Shown in pieces: positions 41,560 through 42,878 of a stretch of DNA of 42,878 nucleotides. This stretch comes from a virus. A program made the translations under genes and the position numbers. The stretch is from positions 1-42,878 of the IMG/VR virus record IMGVR_UViG_3300045988_083839; one strand, written 5' to 3'. The notes beneath the pieces were generated by a model. The model did no database searches, was not told the origin of the DNA, and worked only from the letters and a program-made list of their open reading frames with translations. Position 1 is the stretch's first letter. Every line of letters starts with the position of its first letter.

Positions 41560-41877
41560 TTATTTCATCGCCCTGGGAGTTGCCGCTCCTGGGGTTTCTT
41601 TTTTTAACTGTTGGATTAATTTCTCCAGCTTTTTCGGCTGGTCAATGTACGCACTGTACTCTTTGTGTAAATCCCATCCGGGCTCCCACCCATGCTCATG
41701 CACATCAACCTCCACCGATGCCACATGACCGTAAAACCTGAAGAATGCTGTCGGGTGATTCCCGGTGCGTTCCTTCGTACTTTCCTGCAGGCCGTTAATC
41801 TGCAAGCATAAATCCAGCACCTTACAAATCTGCTGGCGTCTGCGCTTCTCAATTTTGTTTTTCATTCGTTTATTCAT
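41560..41877 (-). CDS. Hypothetical protein (105 aa), basic N-terminus
   Basis: GAGAGGAGGAG RBS. Confidence 0.55.
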   Translation of the reverse strand: MNKRMKNKIEKRRRQQICKVLDLCLQINGLQESTKERTGNHPTAFFRFYGHVASVEVDVHEHGWEPGWDLHKEYSAYIDQPKKLEKLIQQLKKETPGAATPRAMK

Positions 41878-41890
41878 GATTCTCCTCCTC

Positions 41891-42106
41891 TCAAAACACC
41901 ACCGGAACCCACGTAGTCAGTGAAAATACAAAAATCACTGTCCCCAACAGGCTCCATAAAAATTTGTTTTCAGCCCGCAGGCTACTGTTAATCCGCTCCA
42001 GCTTCTCCAGCTCCGCCAGCAACACCGGATCCACTATTGGTCCGGGACCGACGGTAACAGCTGCATAGCTCAGTGCCGGACGGGGCGCATCTTTAAACTT
42101 CACCAT
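41891..42106 (-). CDS. Small C-terminally membrane-anchored protein (71 aa)
   Basis: The C-terminal TM is FLWSLLGTVIFVFSLTTWVPVVF. GAGGAGG RBS. Confidence 0.55.
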   Translation of the reverse strand: MVKFKDAPRPALSYAAVTVGPGPIVDPVLLAELEKLERINSSLRAENKFLWSLLGTVIFVFSLTTWVPVVF

Positions 42107-42120
42107 GGTAGTTTCCTCCT

Positions 42121-42405
42121 CTACATCACAATAAACTCTTTTATCTCTTTACTGGTCAATGTCCGTCCCAGAACAATACTGGCTGCCTGAATCGGTGTCA
42201 GCTTCAGCACTTTGGCTGCCGCCCATAACTCTCCCAGAGTGAAATTCTCCGGCCGTTCCCGACGTGTTTGTATGGTCCTGGCTGTCCTTCCCATCTTCGC
42301 CGCCAGCAGCTCCTCGCTGACGGCGTATAGTTCCATGTTACTGCTGATACAGGAACGAACTACCCGGCTGGCCTCTTCGGTCGAATTTGGCTTTAATTTT
42401 GGCAT
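42121..42405 (-). CDS. Small HTH-like protein (94 aa)
   Basis: LAAKMGRTARTIQTRRERPENFTLGEL is an HTH-like segment. GGGGAGGTG RBS. Confidence 0.5.
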   Translation of the reverse strand: MPKLKPNSTEEASRVVRSCISSNMELYAVSEELLAAKMGRTARTIQTRRERPENFTLGELWAAAKVLKLTPIQAASIVLGRTLTSKEIKEFIVM

Positions 42406-42429
42406 AATATATACACCTCCCCTGAAGAC

Positions 42430-42878
42430 TTATCCCACAAATCTTTCTGATTGATTCGTACTCAAGAACCGGTTGATAAAATACTGCTGTCCTTTTCCGG
42501 TCACTTTGGTGGTCTTTGTAACTCTCATGCTACCGTCTGGATTGCTGATAGTACTTTCCTTGACCTCAAACAGTCCCATTTCCATGCTACGCTGTGTGGG
42601 CATATTCTTACTGGATCCGCCCTTAATAAGAAAGCCCTCATTTCGAAGCATTTCAAACAATCGTTTCTGACCTGTGTCTACGCCATTCTGTTTCAGGATT
42701 TTTGCAAGATCCCCTACTAAAATAGAGGTCTGACTGCAAGCAACTGCATCCGCAAAAATTTCCTTCGGGCGCATCCTGCCCACATCTTTTAGGAGTCCCT
42801 CATTCTGCTGTTTTAAGGATTCTATGGTTCTGTCTGCCATCTTCAAAGCTCTGGCGAAAATCTGCTCCGGTGTATTCC
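42430..42878 (-). CDS. Antirepressor, C-terminal part (KilAC-like); N-terminal part is 1-368 across the junction
   Basis: ILVGDLAKILKQNGVDTGQKRLFEMLRNEGFLIK...PTQRSMEMGLFEVKE is the KilAC-domain pattern. The frame is continuous with 1-368. Confidence 0.75.
   Translation of the reverse strand, partial: NTPEQIFARALKMADRTIESLKQQNEGLLKDVGRMRPKEIFADAVACSQTSILVGDLAKILKQNGVDTGQKRLFEMLRNEGFLIKGGSSKNMPTQRSMEMGLFEVKESTISNPDGSMRVTKTTKVTGKGQQYFINRFLSTNQSERFVG
42824..42878. repeat. Terminal overlap copy 2 (identical to 1-55)
   Basis: Exact 55-nt match to the window start. This looks like an assembly k-mer overlap or circular permutation. Confidence 0.97.

Larger units (their letters stand above)
1..42823. 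mobile_element. Complete temperate phage genome (contractile-tail, PBSX/Xkd-like tail module), circularly closed assembly
   Basis: Lysogeny, replication, packaging, head, tail and lysis modules are all present. An exact 55-nt end overlap closes the circle and a gene is continuous across it. Confidence 0.9.

Noticed and set aside
1-42878. Searched for reverse transcriptase (DGR/retron), CRISPR-Cas, restriction-modification or methyltransferase genes, and canonical tRNA genes
   Set aside because: No YxDD-type RT, cas, methyltransferase motif or full tRNA cloverleaf was recognisable by eye on either strand. This absence rests on manual reading only.

Overview
The window is a complete temperate phage genome assembled as a closed circle. 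Nt 1-55 repeat exactly at 42824-42878, giving a unique length of 42,823 bp, and an antirepressor gene reads in frame across that junction. The protein families point to a Firmicutes/Clostridia-type host: cell-wall-binding repeats, a PBSX/Xkd-like contractile tail, and SPP1-like portal and MuF.

Gene layout:
- Plus strand: lysogeny module with CI-like repressor, ImmA-like protein, secreted moron and tyrosine integrase, followed by an attP-like region at 4.03-4.27 kb.
- Minus strand, wrapping the junction: Cro-like gene, antirepressor, early and replication genes, an iteron-type origin at 36.2-36.5 kb, and a sigma-r4-like late regulator.
- Minus strand, continuing: terS/terL, portal, MuF, scaffold, capsid, connectors, sheath, tube, a frameshifted chaperone, tape measure, baseplate, fibers, holin and endolysin.

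Stretches not explained by core phage functions:
1. A very AT-rich two-gene moron at 30.2-31.9 kb with its own promoter and terminator. It encodes a 327-aa soluble protein and a 209-aa multi-TM protein, sits between the late regulator and terS, and is my best candidate for an undescribed defence/abortive-infection system.
2. An adjacent ~400-nt GC-rich, ORF-free, highly structured minus-strand RNA at 32.08-32.48 kb. It carries an embedded non-canonical tRNA-like cloverleaf and its own terminator.
3. A MuF protein with a C-terminal toxin-like extension, followed by an acidic immunity-like ORF and a YjcQ-like ORF.
4. A tandem DUF2829 (Tad2-like) sponge candidate and a hicAB pair, both wedged between holin and endolysin.
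5. A 14-bp palindrome, TTGCGA-NN-TCGCAA, present four times. Three copies lie just downstream of terminators that close accessory cassettes.

All functional calls come from reading motifs by eye; no database search was possible.
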